A stretch of 64,000 bases of DNA from Minisyncoccota bacterium (GTDB lineage: Bacteria; Patescibacteriota; Minisyncoccia; Phycocordibacterales; UBA9973): positions 18,903-82,902 of the forward strand of contig JANOFO010000011.1 in assembly GCA_031413715.1 (NCBI GenBank), given 5' to 3'. Each line of letters opens with the position of its first letter. The first letter of the stretch is position 1. The notes beneath the pieces were generated by a model. The model searched no databases, was not told the DNA's origin, and saw only the letters and a list, made by a program, of their open reading frames with translations. This document shows, one piece after another, positions 16,878-26,803 of this stretch. The translations under genes were made by a program, and so were the position numbers.

Positions 16878-17888
16878 ATGTCCCTTTTTTGCTATAATTT
16901 TAGAATGAAGAAACGAATATATCCTGAATTACCTGGTTATTTAGGTCCAATCATATCTATATTTCCACAAGAGGTAAAAACAATGAAGCGCTTCTCATCA
17001 GGGATTATAAATGAATCCTATTTGATAACATTCACTGATAAAAGCCAAAAAGTATTAAGAATATATGCTCTGGGAAGAAAACTGGCAGAAGCAGTTCGGG
17101 AGATAAAGATTATGGAGAAACTGCGCAAAAAAGGTATCCCTATTCCAGAAATTTATACTATAAAAAGCAAAAAATACTTATTCTTTACAGACAAGAACTC
17201 AAAAAAAAGAATTGCATTGGTTATGGAGTTTGTGCCTGGTTCTGAACTAAAGTCATCAGACCATATTCTGATCGCAAGCTGTGCAAGGACTCAAGCAAAG
17301 ATGCATACTTTGCTTTTAAAAAAACGACCCTCTTTAAAAGAAGGCATACAGAGCACTACAAAGATTAAGAGGTGGATGGACAAAGAAATTACCGCTGCAT
17401 TAAGCAATACCAATCTTGAAAAAGGGATCAGGAAAGAAATATCAGAACGATATCAAAATATCAGAAGAGAATGGAATAAAAATCAGGATGTCTTTCTTAA
17501 AATTCCTTTTGGAGTCGTACATTTTGACTACGACAGCAGTAACATATTAATAAAGGATAATACTATCAGGGGTATAATTGATTTTGATGATATCACTGAA
17601 GCACCACTTGCAGTCGATCTTGGATTCTCACTTTGGTGGTGGATTTTTTTCAATCTCAAGAAAAACAGCTCAGAAATTGCAAAGAGTTACATAAAATCTT
17701 ATTCGTATACAAGAAGATTAACTCAACAAGAGATAGATCTACTCCCTCTTATTATAAGAGTGAGAAATATGATTTTATTATGTCTTCTTTTTATCAACAA
17801 CTCACCAAAGAAGATCCAGAGAAATAAAATCAATCAAGCACTTAGATTGGACGAACTACTTATTAATAAGCCTGCATATCTAAAATAA
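16878..17888 (+). CDS. Phosphotransferase-fold kinase (APH / choline-ethanolamine kinase family)
   Basis: VVHFDYDSSNILIKDNTIRGIIDFDDI matches the H-x-D-x4-N catalytic loop and IDFxD Mg site of APH/ChoK-like kinases. Confidence 0.65.
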   Translation: MSLFCYNFRMKKRIYPELPGYLGPIISIFPQEVKTMKRFSSGIINESYLITFTDKSQKVLRIYALGRKLAEAVREIKIMEKLRKKGIPIPEIYTIKSKKYLFFTDKNSKKRIALVMEFVPGSELKSSDHILIASCARTQAKMHTLLLKKRPSLKEGIQSTTKIKRWMDKEITAALSNTNLEKGIRKEISERYQNIRREWNKNQDVFLKIPFGVVHFDYDSSNILIKDNTIRGIIDFDDITEAPLAVDLGFSLWWWIFFNLKKNSSEIAKSYIKSYSYTRRLTQQEIDLLPLIIRVRNMILLCLLFINNSPKKIQRNKINQALRLDELLINKPAYLK

Positions 17889-17889
17889 A

Positions 17890-19047
17890 ATGAAACAAAT
17901 AAAGTACATTCCTTTTCACAAACCGACAATACCGAAAGAAGTTATAAAATCAATAACGGACTCCTTGGATTCTGGTTGGATAACTACCGGGCCGAAAGTG
18001 AAGCAATTCGAAAATGAACTCTCGACAATAATAGGGAAAAAAGATATCGTTGCAACTTCTTCTTGCACTGCTGCACTCCATACGGCATATGCGATGCTTA
18101 ATCTCCATAAAGGAGATGAAGTTATAGTGCCCAGCTTTACTTTTTGCTCAACGATAAATATGCTCGTTAACCTTGGTGTGGCTGCCGTTTTTGCTGATAT
18201 CAATGAAAACTCCTACTGTATAGATCCTAAAGATATCGAACATCGTATAACAAAAAAGACAAAAGCGATTGTTGTTGTTCATTATGCTGGTATGCCGGCA
18301 GATATGTCTTACATCAATAAAATCGCAAAGAAGCATAAGCTTTTTGTTATAGAAGATGCGGCTCATGCATTTTCTACTATTTATAAAGGACGCCCTATTG
18401 GAGCAGGTAAAAATATTACATGCTTCAGTTTCTATGCTACAAAAAACTTTACCACTGCCGAAGGTGGAGCTCTCGTATGTCAAAACAAAAAACAAGAGAA
18501 TCAAGCTCGTTTATTTATAAATCATGGTATCTCAAAAAATGCCACCACAAGATATACCCAAGGAGGAACATACAAGTATGATGTAATCTTCCCAGGGTAT
18601 AAATATAATCTGTCTGACATTCATGCATCAATTGGACTCTGTCAGCTTCCTTATAAAGGAATATTCCAACAAAAGAGATTAAGAGTTGTGAAAAAATATA
18701 GAAAGGGTCTGGGAATAAACAAAGATTTGATTCTTCCGATTGATCCTCCGTATAAAGATTCAGTGCATGCATGGCACTTGTTTACCATAGAGGTTCTTTC
18801 GACTTCAAAATGTACAAGGGATGAATTATTCTCTTTCCTTATGAGTAACAAGGTGGGTGCCAGTGTGCATTATATTCCTAACCATTTACAGTCATTTTAT
18901 CGGAATCAAAAAGTAGTCTTACCGGTTACCGAGAAAATTGCCGCCCGTATTATTTCCTTACCTTTATATGAATCGCTGAAGGATGAGGATATAAATCGAA
19001 TTATTAAATTAGTAAATTATGCTACGAAATATGGAATCAAGCAATAA
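17890..19047 (+). CDS. DegT/DnrJ/EryC1/StrS-family PLP-dependent sugar aminotransferase
   Basis: 385 aa; YIPFHKPTIPKEVIKSITDSLDSGWITTGPKVKQFE N-terminus; SFYATKNFTTAEGGALV PLP-lysine region. Confidence 0.85.
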   Translation: MKQIKYIPFHKPTIPKEVIKSITDSLDSGWITTGPKVKQFENELSTIIGKKDIVATSSCTAALHTAYAMLNLHKGDEVIVPSFTFCSTINMLVNLGVAAVFADINENSYCIDPKDIEHRITKKTKAIVVVHYAGMPADMSYINKIAKKHKLFVIEDAAHAFSTIYKGRPIGAGKNITCFSFYATKNFTTAEGGALVCQNKKQENQARLFINHGISKNATTRYTQGGTYKYDVIFPGYKYNLSDIHASIGLCQLPYKGIFQQKRLRVVKKYRKGLGINKDLILPIDPPYKDSVHAWHLFTIEVLSTSKCTRDELFSFLMSNKVGASVHYIPNHLQSFYRNQKVVLPVTEKIAARIISLPLYESLKDEDINRIIKLVNYATKYGIKQ

Positions 19048-19948
19048 GAAGATTGTAATCACAGGGGTTTCAGGATTTATTGGCAAGAATCTAGCAAAGC
19101 ATCTCAAACTTAGAGGTTATGAGATAATAGGGATAGACATTGCAGGTACGGGCGAGAGCTGTAGTACATTTTATCTAGGTAGTTTTAATGATGAGAGTAT
19201 CACTAGTATCGCCTTAAAAGAGGCTCATGCCGTATTTCATTTAGGAGCTATTGTAGGTGTTGATAGATGTCAGGATAATCCAGATTTAGTAAGACAAGTA
19301 AATTTTACACAAACGGTATTATTTTTAGACAGATGCGTAGAGCTAGGGATAAAAAAACTGATATTTTCTTCCTCATCTGAAGTATATGGTAACTCTAAAG
19401 ATCTCCCGTACAGAGAAGATACCGCTGTTTCTCCTATTTCTTTATATGCAAAATGCAAAAGAGATACTGAAATACACCTAGAAGTCTTGTCAAAATCTAG
19501 AGGTATGCAAGTATGTATTCCACGCTTCTTTAACGTATATGGACCTGGCCAAAGGTCCGACTTTGTAGTAACAAAATTCATCAATCTGGTAAAGACTAAT
19601 AAAAATATTGAAATATACGGGAATGGCCTTCAGACAAGAAGTCATACATTCATTGACGATGTGGTCAATGCTTTAGAAAAAATGATTACTTACAATGAAA
19701 CCCCATATGAAATTTTCAATGTAGGAAGTACTTTCGAATATACAATGAATGATGTAGCGAAAATAATCTTAGAATTTTTCCCCGATTCAAAATCAGAGGT
19801 TTTACATGTGGAGTATGGTTCAAATGGAACACGTGATATCTCTCTTGAAATTGACAGGAGAGTTCCCTCCATTCAAAAGACAGAAAATAAATTTTCTTTT
19901 AAAGCAAAAATTGATTTAAAAGAAGGAATTCAAAAGATGATTAGATAA
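19031..19948 (+). CDS. NAD-dependent epimerase/dehydratase (SDR family, UDP-sugar 4-epimerase-like)
   Basis: KIVITGVSGFIGKNL Rossmann motif; YAKCK catalytic YxxxK. Confidence 0.8.
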   Translation: MESSNKKIVITGVSGFIGKNLAKHLKLRGYEIIGIDIAGTGESCSTFYLGSFNDESITSIALKEAHAVFHLGAIVGVDRCQDNPDLVRQVNFTQTVLFLDRCVELGIKKLIFSSSSEVYGNSKDLPYREDTAVSPISLYAKCKRDTEIHLEVLSKSRGMQVCIPRFFNVYGPGQRSDFVVTKFINLVKTNKNIEIYGNGLQTRSHTFIDDVVNALEKMITYNETPYEIFNVGSTFEYTMNDVAKIILEFFPDSKSEVLHVEYGSNGTRDISLEIDRRVPSIQKTENKFSFKAKIDLKEGIQKMIR

Positions 19949-19960
19949 AAAAGTAAATAT

Positions 19961-22045
19961 ATGGAGAATGACTACAGATATATACCCATAAAAAGAGGTT
20001 TAATTACTCAACTTTATCCTTGGAACTTCTGGTACATTGATTTTTTGACACTTTTTCCTTTTCTATATATTAATAAATCTAAAAAAGACAAAATCCTCCA
20101 AGATTTAAAATATTTTTATCACACTGACAATATCTTTTTTCTTGATTCTGGTAAAAGTGCTCTCGTTACCTCAATGAAAGCTCTAGGTATAAAGGAAGGA
20201 AATGAAGTATACATCCAATCTTTTGTGTGTACTGATGTTGTGGATGCAATAATAATGACAGGAGCTCAACCTGTATTGATAGATTGTACTGATAACTTAT
20301 TGATTAATGCTAGTGATTTCGAGAAAAAAATTACTAGCAAAGGAAAATGTCTAGTGATTACAAATACTTATGGCTACGTTGAAAAAAGCGAGATATACCA
20401 AATAGCACGTAAGTATAATTTAAAAGTTATAGATGATTGTGCACAATTAGCAGAAATTAAGAAAGATTTCTCGACACAGAAAAAAGCTGATTTCTCAGTA
20501 TACAGCGTCGGCACTCAAAAACTATTCGCTACTACAGGAGGAGGAATTATAACTACAAATCAAAAAGAGCTTGCCGAGAGTGTCAATTTTACGATGCCGA
20601 ATCAGATTATTTCATATACTTCGCTTGTACGTAAATTGATATTGCGCTTAAGCTATTCATTTAAATTCTTATTACTACGGATCCAGGATTATATCAAGAT
20701 AAAAGTAATACATATCGCAAAAGAAAAAACGCCTTACGATCATCAAGATCCAGAATCTATACGGCCAAAAAAAATGAATATCCGAACGATATACTCCTTA
20801 TACTTGAAAAGTGTACGAAGTAATTCTCACCGCGACAAAACCAGACAAAACATTAAAACTCTAAATGATTATCTTAAGAAATTTGAGTGGATAAAACTAC
20901 CTCAAAGGGAGCATAATGATACTGTCCTATATTACACGATAACTGTTGCTAATGAAATCAGATACAAGCTTGGCGAATATCTAAGTAAGTACGGATTCCA
21001 ATCAACATGGAATTACATGCCGGTAAATTGGTATATGGCATATAAGAAGTATAGAGGTGAAACACCTAATTCTTTTTATCTATCGGGGAAAGTGCTTTCC
21101 CTTCCATTTAGAGATTTGTCAGACTTAAATATAAAAGAGATGATTTCTGTAATAGATAAATTTGAAAAGACAATCCTAAATTCAAAAGAGATAAAAGAAT
21201 TAACCATTAAGGACTGGTACTCAAGAACAGTAGGTTTATCAGGATATACATTTTTTTCTTCTATGGAATGGGTTTCTCTCACTGCAGAAATATTCAATCT
21301 TACCAATCATTTCCTTGTTATATCAGATAGTGGGGCTCTTATTTACACTATCGTCCAAGTTGATAAAAACGGTTTAGGTTATTCAACTTTTATTGGATAT
21401 GGAGGATTAATTACCGACAATATTATTTCTGATACTTTGACCAAGCGGATTTATCGCCTGATTGAGGATTATTTGCGGTTAAAGATAATTAGAATAAAGG
21501 ACTCTCCATTTATAGAAAAAACATCATGTGATGCAAATACAAAAAATACATCTGCAATAAAAATAGATACGGGATACGTACCTAATAAGAATATTAGGTA
21601 CTTCCTAAAAAAAGTAAATTATAATGTAGTCAGTATAAGAAAACTGGAGAGTAATGAGATTGATTCAATGTATGATTTATATCTAGATACCTCACTGCGC
21701 GTAAAAAGTGCTTACACAACACCAAAAGAGCTTTTTAAGTCTATGTTTACAATGAAAGACGTTTACATCCTTGGAGGATTTGATGAGAAGCAGAAACTTC
21801 ATGCCGCAAGCATTTTTATGTACGATAATCAGACGATGTATTATTGGTGGAATATGTCAGATGATATTGCCAAGAAAGAATACTATAATTATGCACTCAT
21901 ATATCATGCTATCGAACTAGCTGTTCAACAAAAACTAAATTGGTTTGACATGGCAACTTCACATTCTGAAACTTTAAAAGTATTTAAAAAATCTTGGGGA
22001 GCTATTGATGTACCGTTTCTTAGTCTTGAGGCCGAGGAGAAATAA
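19961..22045 (+). CDS. Fusion protein: DegT-like aminotransferase-fold N-domain plus FemAB/GNAT-like acyltransferase-like C-domain
   Basis: N-terminal 230 aa resemble DegT (SVYSVGTQKLFATTGGGIITT with conserved Lys); C-terminal ~250 aa (…YYWWNMSDD…YNYALIYHAIELAVQQKLNWFDMATS…) resemble FemAB/BioF2-like GNAT fold; middle ~170 aa unassigned. Confidence 0.5.
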   Translation: MENDYRYIPIKRGLITQLYPWNFWYIDFLTLFPFLYINKSKKDKILQDLKYFYHTDNIFFLDSGKSALVTSMKALGIKEGNEVYIQSFVCTDVVDAIIMTGAQPVLIDCTDNLLINASDFEKKITSKGKCLVITNTYGYVEKSEIYQIARKYNLKVIDDCAQLAEIKKDFSTQKKADFSVYSVGTQKLFATTGGGIITTNQKELAESVNFTMPNQIISYTSLVRKLILRLSYSFKFLLLRIQDYIKIKVIHIAKEKTPYDHQDPESIRPKKMNIRTIYSLYLKSVRSNSHRDKTRQNIKTLNDYLKKFEWIKLPQREHNDTVLYYTITVANEIRYKLGEYLSKYGFQSTWNYMPVNWYMAYKKYRGETPNSFYLSGKVLSLPFRDLSDLNIKEMISVIDKFEKTILNSKEIKELTIKDWYSRTVGLSGYTFFSSMEWVSLTAEIFNLTNHFLVISDSGALIYTIVQVDKNGLGYSTFIGYGGLITDNIISDTLTKRIYRLIEDYLRLKIIRIKDSPFIEKTSCDANTKNTSAIKIDTGYVPNKNIRYFLKKVNYNVVSIRKLESNEIDSMYDLYLDTSLRVKSAYTTPKELFKSMFTMKDVYILGGFDEKQKLHAASIFMYDNQTMYYWWNMSDDIAKKEYYNYALIYHAIELAVQQKLNWFDMATSHSETLKVFKKSWGAIDVPFLSLEAEEK

Positions 22046-22946
22046 TATAATTTTTATTGAGCCAATCTACAGTTTTATTAAAGTTTATACGCTTACTATA
22101 ATCCTCTTCTCTTATTTCGAGAGTCAAGAGTCTATCTTTATCATCGTTTTTCATGATATGAAGAAATTCTACGAGTTCTTCTTCAAGAAGGAGCCCTTGA
22201 TTAGGAACAACACCTTCATAACAATCAATATACGTATGAGGAAAAGTTAATACCTTAAAAGAACTCAGATGTAAGTGCTGAATCAAATTCTTAATTTGAT
22301 TCATATCGTTAAAATTGACATTTTTAGTTGTAGAAATATAAGGATGTATGTTACTGACAGCTTTTATAAATTCACAAGTAAAACCCCAGTGACAAAGATC
22401 TAATGTTACAGCAATATTCTTTAAATCCTTAATAAAAGTAAAGTCTTCTGGAAAGATAAATATGGAATCAAAATCGGAACCATCATTGCCGATGATGGGC
22501 ATATTTTCAAGGCAGATTTTAACATTCAAATTTTTATCACTTATATAGTTGTCTAAATCTTTTATTAAAGAGATATATTTATTCCTCATGTCAGAAATCT
22601 GAGCCTTCAAATGAAGATTGAGTGGAATAATCGCATTCGAATGAAGAACAAGTATAGGAATACCAGCCTCCGAACAAATGTTTATCGCCCTGAGCAATCC
22701 ATTGTAGTTGTCTTTATTTTCAAGATAACTTGCATTGTCTGTTGGAAAATGCAGAGAATTAACTATCCCTTTTTTGATAGTTTGAAGTCCCACTATTTCT
22801 TGAGTAAGTTTCTTAAGGGACTCATCTGTAAGGAGTTGGTTGATATCAAATACATTAGCCTCTATTTTAAAATCATTCAGGAGTATATATTTTAAAGGAA
22901 TTTGCTCAAGTGAACCTGTTTTATATGGGATAGAAATAGTAAGCAT
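22020..22946 (-). CDS. Xylose-isomerase-like TIM-barrel sugar phosphate isomerase/epimerase family protein
   Basis: 308 aa; KICLENMP and LVLHSN motifs characteristic of AP-endonuclease-2/IolE-like TIM barrels. Confidence 0.55.
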   Translation of the reverse strand: MLTISIPYKTGSLEQIPLKYILLNDFKIEANVFDINQLLTDESLKKLTQEIVGLQTIKKGIVNSLHFPTDNASYLENKDNYNGLLRAINICSEAGIPILVLHSNAIIPLNLHLKAQISDMRNKYISLIKDLDNYISDKNLNVKICLENMPIIGNDGSDFDSIFIFPEDFTFIKDLKNIAVTLDLCHWGFTCEFIKAVSNIHPYISTTKNVNFNDMNQIKNLIQHLHLSSFKVLTFPHTYIDCYEGVVPNQGLLLEEELVEFLHIMKNDDKDRLLTLEIREEDYSKRINFNKTVDWLNKNYIISPRPQD

Positions 22947-22947
22947 C

Positions 22948-23631
22948 TTAAGTTATTTTTCTAAAACAATAAAAAGCTTCGCGCGCAGAAGTATTATTTT
23001 TTGCTCCCCAAAGAAGAGCATTATATCGTATGGCTTCAATAGAGCGAGGATGAGGAAAATCTCTGACCTCAGACACATATGCGCTCATTGCCTTAAGTTT
23101 AGTTTCAAGATGATGACTAATGTCAATAAATACATTCGGAATAAAGAACCTTTGCGGAACAGGTCCAGACATTTCAGTCGAAGATAGTGTTTCGAATAGA
23201 TATATTTCCTTAACAAAAGGAGCTTCGATCGTTCGGGTGGCAGTAATCACCGCCTCGAAGGTTAATCGATGATCAATATTTAAATCACCAAAATGATGTG
23301 TGTACACTACCTCTGGGGTATTTAGTTTTATATATTCACTTATATTTTTTATAATATCCAGTAACGGAATAGTGTCAAATCTATTATCAGGTAGCGCTAA
23401 ATACTTATAATCTTTTATACCGATAATAGAAAGCGCTTTTGCAGTTTCAGTGGTGACTAGAGCCTCCATCTCATCAGTAAGTTTAGAATACTCTTTTTGT
23501 TGAGAACTCTTACCATCTCCCAGGATTAAGACCGACACAAAATCTCCGTTTGCCACATGTCTTGCCAAAGTTCCACCTACACCTATAATTTCATCATCTG
23601 GATGAGCTACGATAGCCATAATCTTTCTCAT
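22948..23631 (-). CDS. PIG-L/LmbE-family N-acetylglucosaminyl deacetylase
   Basis: MRKIMAIVAHPDDEIIGVGGTLARH with the AHPDDE zinc motif; start placed at internal ATG 23629-23631. Confidence 0.8.
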   Translation of the reverse strand: MRKIMAIVAHPDDEIIGVGGTLARHVANGDFVSVLILGDGKSSQQKEYSKLTDEMEALVTTETAKALSIIGIKDYKYLALPDNRFDTIPLLDIIKNISEYIKLNTPEVVYTHHFGDLNIDHRLTFEAVITATRTIEAPFVKEIYLFETLSSTEMSGPVPQRFFIPNVFIDISHHLETKLKAMSAYVSEVRDFPHPRSIEAIRYNALLWGAKNNTSAREAFYCFRKIT

Positions 23632-23758
23632 ATGGAGGATGATATCATCTTTTAACAAAACGAGGTAGTCAGTAAAAGTAGCTCTTATAGACCAGTAAGA
23701 TGAATGAAAATTCAATCATTTATAAAGATAACTACGCAAAATTTAATTTTGATATCGT

Positions 23759-24157
23759 TTATATAGTTAACACTTTGTCTCTTATTGTTAAAGGGAGTAG
23801 ATTAATATTTTTAATGTTATCTTTTTTTGTAAGAAAAATGGAGTAGCCAAAACTTTCTTTTGTTCCTTCCATAAACTTCTTATCCTCACCACCCCCAAGT
23901 CTTCCAGATAACAAAGTACACGTATAGAAGAATTCCTTTATATTATTAACATAATCATAAAATTCAAATAAAAGCTTGTCTACAGATACTTCTATCCCCA
24001 ATTCTTCTTGAAGTTCCCGAGCACAAGCTTCTTCACTGGTCTCCCCAAGCTCAATAGAACCCCCGGGGAAAACATAATAAACTTGGTTATCCTTTTCGCG
24101 TTTAATAAGTACTATTTGATTATCTATAAAAAGAATCGCCCGTGATTTATTTTTCAT
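23759..24157 (-). CDS. NUDIX hydrolase
   Basis: GGSIELGETSEEACARELQEELGIEV Nudix box. Confidence 0.8.
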   Translation of the reverse strand: MKNKSRAILFIDNQIVLIKREKDNQVYYVFPGGSIELGETSEEACARELQEELGIEVSVDKLLFEFYDYVNNIKEFFYTCTLLSGRLGGGEDKKFMEGTKESFGYSIFLTKKDNIKNINLLPLTIRDKVLTI

Positions 24158-24225
24158 ATATTTCTTTTAATTTCAATAACCGCTTTGAAGAAAAAGAACA
24201 GTATTATGAGTATACCAAAAATCCA

Positions 24226-24254
24226 TTGACGAGACAGCTCCTATATAGTAGTAT
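24226..24254 (+). promoter_or_regulatory. Promoter candidate TTGACG-N17-TAGTAT upstream of nusA
   Basis: Seen directly; followed by a ~100-nt leader containing hairpin ccttcg-cataaagcta-cggaagg. Confidence 0.45.
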
Positions 24255-24358
24255 TCATATATTAGTCCGTTCTGTCCGAACAGGGCTTTTATTTTACCCT
24301 CCTTCGCATAAAGCTACGGAAGGGCGAAGAAAATTTAATAATAAGTAAAATTAAATAT

Positions 24359-25591
24359 ATGTTAGACCTCAAAACAATGAAATCTGCCCTCGAGCAGCTT
24401 GAGACAGAAAGAAAAATACCTCGTGCCAAGATTATCGATGCTATTGAGCAGGCACTTGCTGCCGCCTACAAGAAAGATTACGGCAAAAAAGGCCAGATCG
24501 TCCGCGCCACTATCGATATCGAATCTGGAAAAATGGAATTCTGGCAAGTGAAGATCGTCGTAGACGATAGCCTCGTCCGCATGACGACTGATGATGAAGA
24601 TGCCGAAGAAGAAATCGCCGAAGATGATGAACGAGTGCGATTTAATGAAGAACATCACATTCTTCTTACCGATGCCAAGAAAATAAAAAGCGATGCCAAA
24701 CTTGAAGAAGAAATAATTTTCCCACTTGAAGCAAAAGACGATTACGGCCGTATTGCTGCCCAGACAGCCAAGCAAGTTATCATCCAGAAAATCCGCGAAG
24801 CGGAACGCGGTGCTATTATCGATGAGTACGGTAGCAAAGAAGGCGAGATCGTCAACGGCTTCGTCCAGAAAATGGAACGTGGCATTGTCTATATAGACTT
24901 CAACCGCGCAACGGGCATCATCTTGCCTGAAGAGCAAATCCCAGGAGAGTTTTATAAAAGGGGTGAACGTATTCGCGCATACCTTTACTCCGTCGAAGAA
25001 ACTCCGCGTGGAGTCAATCTTAAACTTTCTCGTACTCATCCTCAGCTTATCGAAGGACTCTTTGCCATGGAAGCTCCAGAAATTGCATCAGGTGTCGTAG
25101 AGATCAAAGCCATTGCCCGCGAAGCAGGATCACGATCCAAGATCGCAGTCTACTCAAATGATGAACATGTCGATCCAGTCGGATCGTGTGTCGGACAGAA
25201 AGGTATCCGCGTCACGACAGTCATGAGCGAGCTCAACGGAGAAAAAATCGATATCATTCCATGGTCTGCCGACATCTCTCACTTTATCTCAAGCGCTCTC
25301 TCCCCTGCGCATGCGCTCGACATCCAAGTCAATGAAGAAGAGCATAAAGCTATTGTCGAAGTAGCTGCAGATCAGCTTTCACTCGCGATCGGCAAGGGTG
25401 GGCAGAATGTCCGCCTTGCCGCAAAGCTCACAGGCTGGAGAATCGACATCAAAGGCATCGAAGGTGAAGTAATATCGAGCGATGATGCGGATGGAGACAA
25501 GAAGAGTGATATAATAAAAGAAGATGCTGATGAAGTTTCTCTCGACGAAGGTTTAGTCGACGATGGGACAGGAACAGCAACTAGTGCCTAG
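24359..25591 (+). CDS. nusA: Transcription termination/antitermination factor NusA with acidic insertion
   Basis: 410 aa; NusA N-domain, S1 and two KH regions recognizable; ~60-aa acidic insert (DDEDAEEEIAEDDERV...) and acidic C-terminus. Confidence 0.85.
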   Translation: MLDLKTMKSALEQLETERKIPRAKIIDAIEQALAAAYKKDYGKKGQIVRATIDIESGKMEFWQVKIVVDDSLVRMTTDDEDAEEEIAEDDERVRFNEEHHILLTDAKKIKSDAKLEEEIIFPLEAKDDYGRIAAQTAKQVIIQKIREAERGAIIDEYGSKEGEIVNGFVQKMERGIVYIDFNRATGIILPEEQIPGEFYKRGERIRAYLYSVEETPRGVNLKLSRTHPQLIEGLFAMEAPEIASGVVEIKAIAREAGSRSKIAVYSNDEHVDPVGSCVGQKGIRVTTVMSELNGEKIDIIPWSADISHFISSALSPAHALDIQVNEEEHKAIVEVAADQLSLAIGKGGQNVRLAAKLTGWRIDIKGIEGEVISSDDADGDKKSDIIKEDADEVSLDEGLVDDGTGTATSA

Positions 25592-25670
25592 CTTCTAGGG
25601 ACTAGTGTTGAAAAATTACAAAAATTAATTTCACTAGTTGCTAGCTCCTAGCTCCTAGTACCTAAAACTT
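25592..25670. repeat. CTAG-rich low-complexity intergenic spacer (nusA-ppa)
   Basis: tgcctagcttctagggactagtg...cactagttgctagctcctagctcctagtacctaa; same style as the r-protein spacers. Confidence 0.5.
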
Positions 25671-26216
25671 ATGAATCTATGGCACGACGTTTCAATTGGT
25701 AAAAATGTTCCGAATGAATTCAATTGTATAGTTGAAATCTCAAAGGGATCACACAATAAATACGAGATAGATAAAGAGACTGGTATGATTGCTCTTGATC
25801 GCGCAAATTATAATTCTGCTCCCTATCCTTTTGACTATGCGTTTGTTCCACAAACTCTCTGGGAAGACGGTGACGCGCTTGATGTAGTTATTCTTTCTAC
25901 GTTTCCACTTAACATCGGAATACTTGTAGCTGTTCGACCTGTAGCAATAATGGATATGAATGATTCTGGAGATTCTGATGCAAAGATAATTGCAGTTCCA
26001 ATTAACGATAAGCGCTTTGAGGATATCCAAGATATAACTGATCTCAATAAACACATGCTAAAGGAATACGCACATTTCTTTGAAACGTATAAAATACTCA
26101 AGGGTAAAACTCCTGAACAATATCCTGTAACTGTTTCAGGATATAAAGGAAAGAAAGAAGCAATGGAAGCTATTGCAAAATCCCAAGAACTTTATAAAGA
26201 AAAGTTCAGTAAGTAA
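25671..26216 (+). CDS. ppa: Inorganic pyrophosphatase
   Basis: 181 aa; family I PPase motifs (EISKGSHNKYEIDKETG, DGDALDVV). Confidence 0.9.
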   Translation: MNLWHDVSIGKNVPNEFNCIVEISKGSHNKYEIDKETGMIALDRANYNSAPYPFDYAFVPQTLWEDGDALDVVILSTFPLNIGILVAVRPVAIMDMNDSGDSDAKIIAVPINDKRFEDIQDITDLNKHMLKEYAHFFETYKILKGKTPEQYPVTVSGYKGKKEAMEAIAKSQELYKEKFSK

Positions 26217-26217
26217 T

Positions 26218-26802
26218 ATGCGTAAGATGATTCAAAATGGCGAACCTCATATAATCTCCGAGGGTAAGCTTGGAGCTATCGTTGGATTCCCAATGCTCGT
26301 TGACTCCGGTAATGGTCATATAGAAAAAACATTTGAAAGATTTGTGAGACCACCAGGCACTAGAATTATCGCGATTAGAGATAAAAAAATATTCCTTCAG
26401 AAAGAACATCGTTTAGAAACAAAAAATGAATTCGATTGGAGGTTGCCAGGAGGTAAAGTTGTAGATAGTTTTATAGAATATAAAAATTATCTCGGCAAGG
26501 AAATGCCTGAAAGTATGATCATAGAAGCAGGAAGACGAGAACTCCGAGAAGAAGCGAAACTTGACTCAAATTCAATAAAAGTTCTAAAGAAATCTTCTTG
26601 TGGCGCATCGGTTGAATGGGATCTTTATTATCTGATCGCTGAAAATATTACAGAACACGTGAATGACCATAACGAAGGAGAGGAAATCATAGATGGAAAA
26701 TGGTTCTCTTATGACAAAATAATAAAAATGTGTTTATCTGGGGAAATAGATGAAGATAGAACAGTAGCAACATTATATCAATATATAGAATCAAATAAGT
26801 AA
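26218..26802 (+). CDS. NUDIX hydrolase
   Basis: LPGGKVVDS...EAGRRELREEAKL Nudix box; start at ATG 26218 right after the ppa stop. Confidence 0.7.
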   Translation: MRKMIQNGEPHIISEGKLGAIVGFPMLVDSGNGHIEKTFERFVRPPGTRIIAIRDKKIFLQKEHRLETKNEFDWRLPGGKVVDSFIEYKNYLGKEMPESMIIEAGRRELREEAKLDSNSIKVLKKSSCGASVEWDLYYLIAENITEHVNDHNEGEEIIDGKWFSYDKIIKMCLSGEIDEDRTVATLYQYIESNK

Positions 26803-26803
26803 T

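Noticed and set aside
24362-25039. 225-aa minus-strand ORF antisense to nusA
   Set aside because: Entirely embedded in the nusA coding strand's opposite frame; no independent support.
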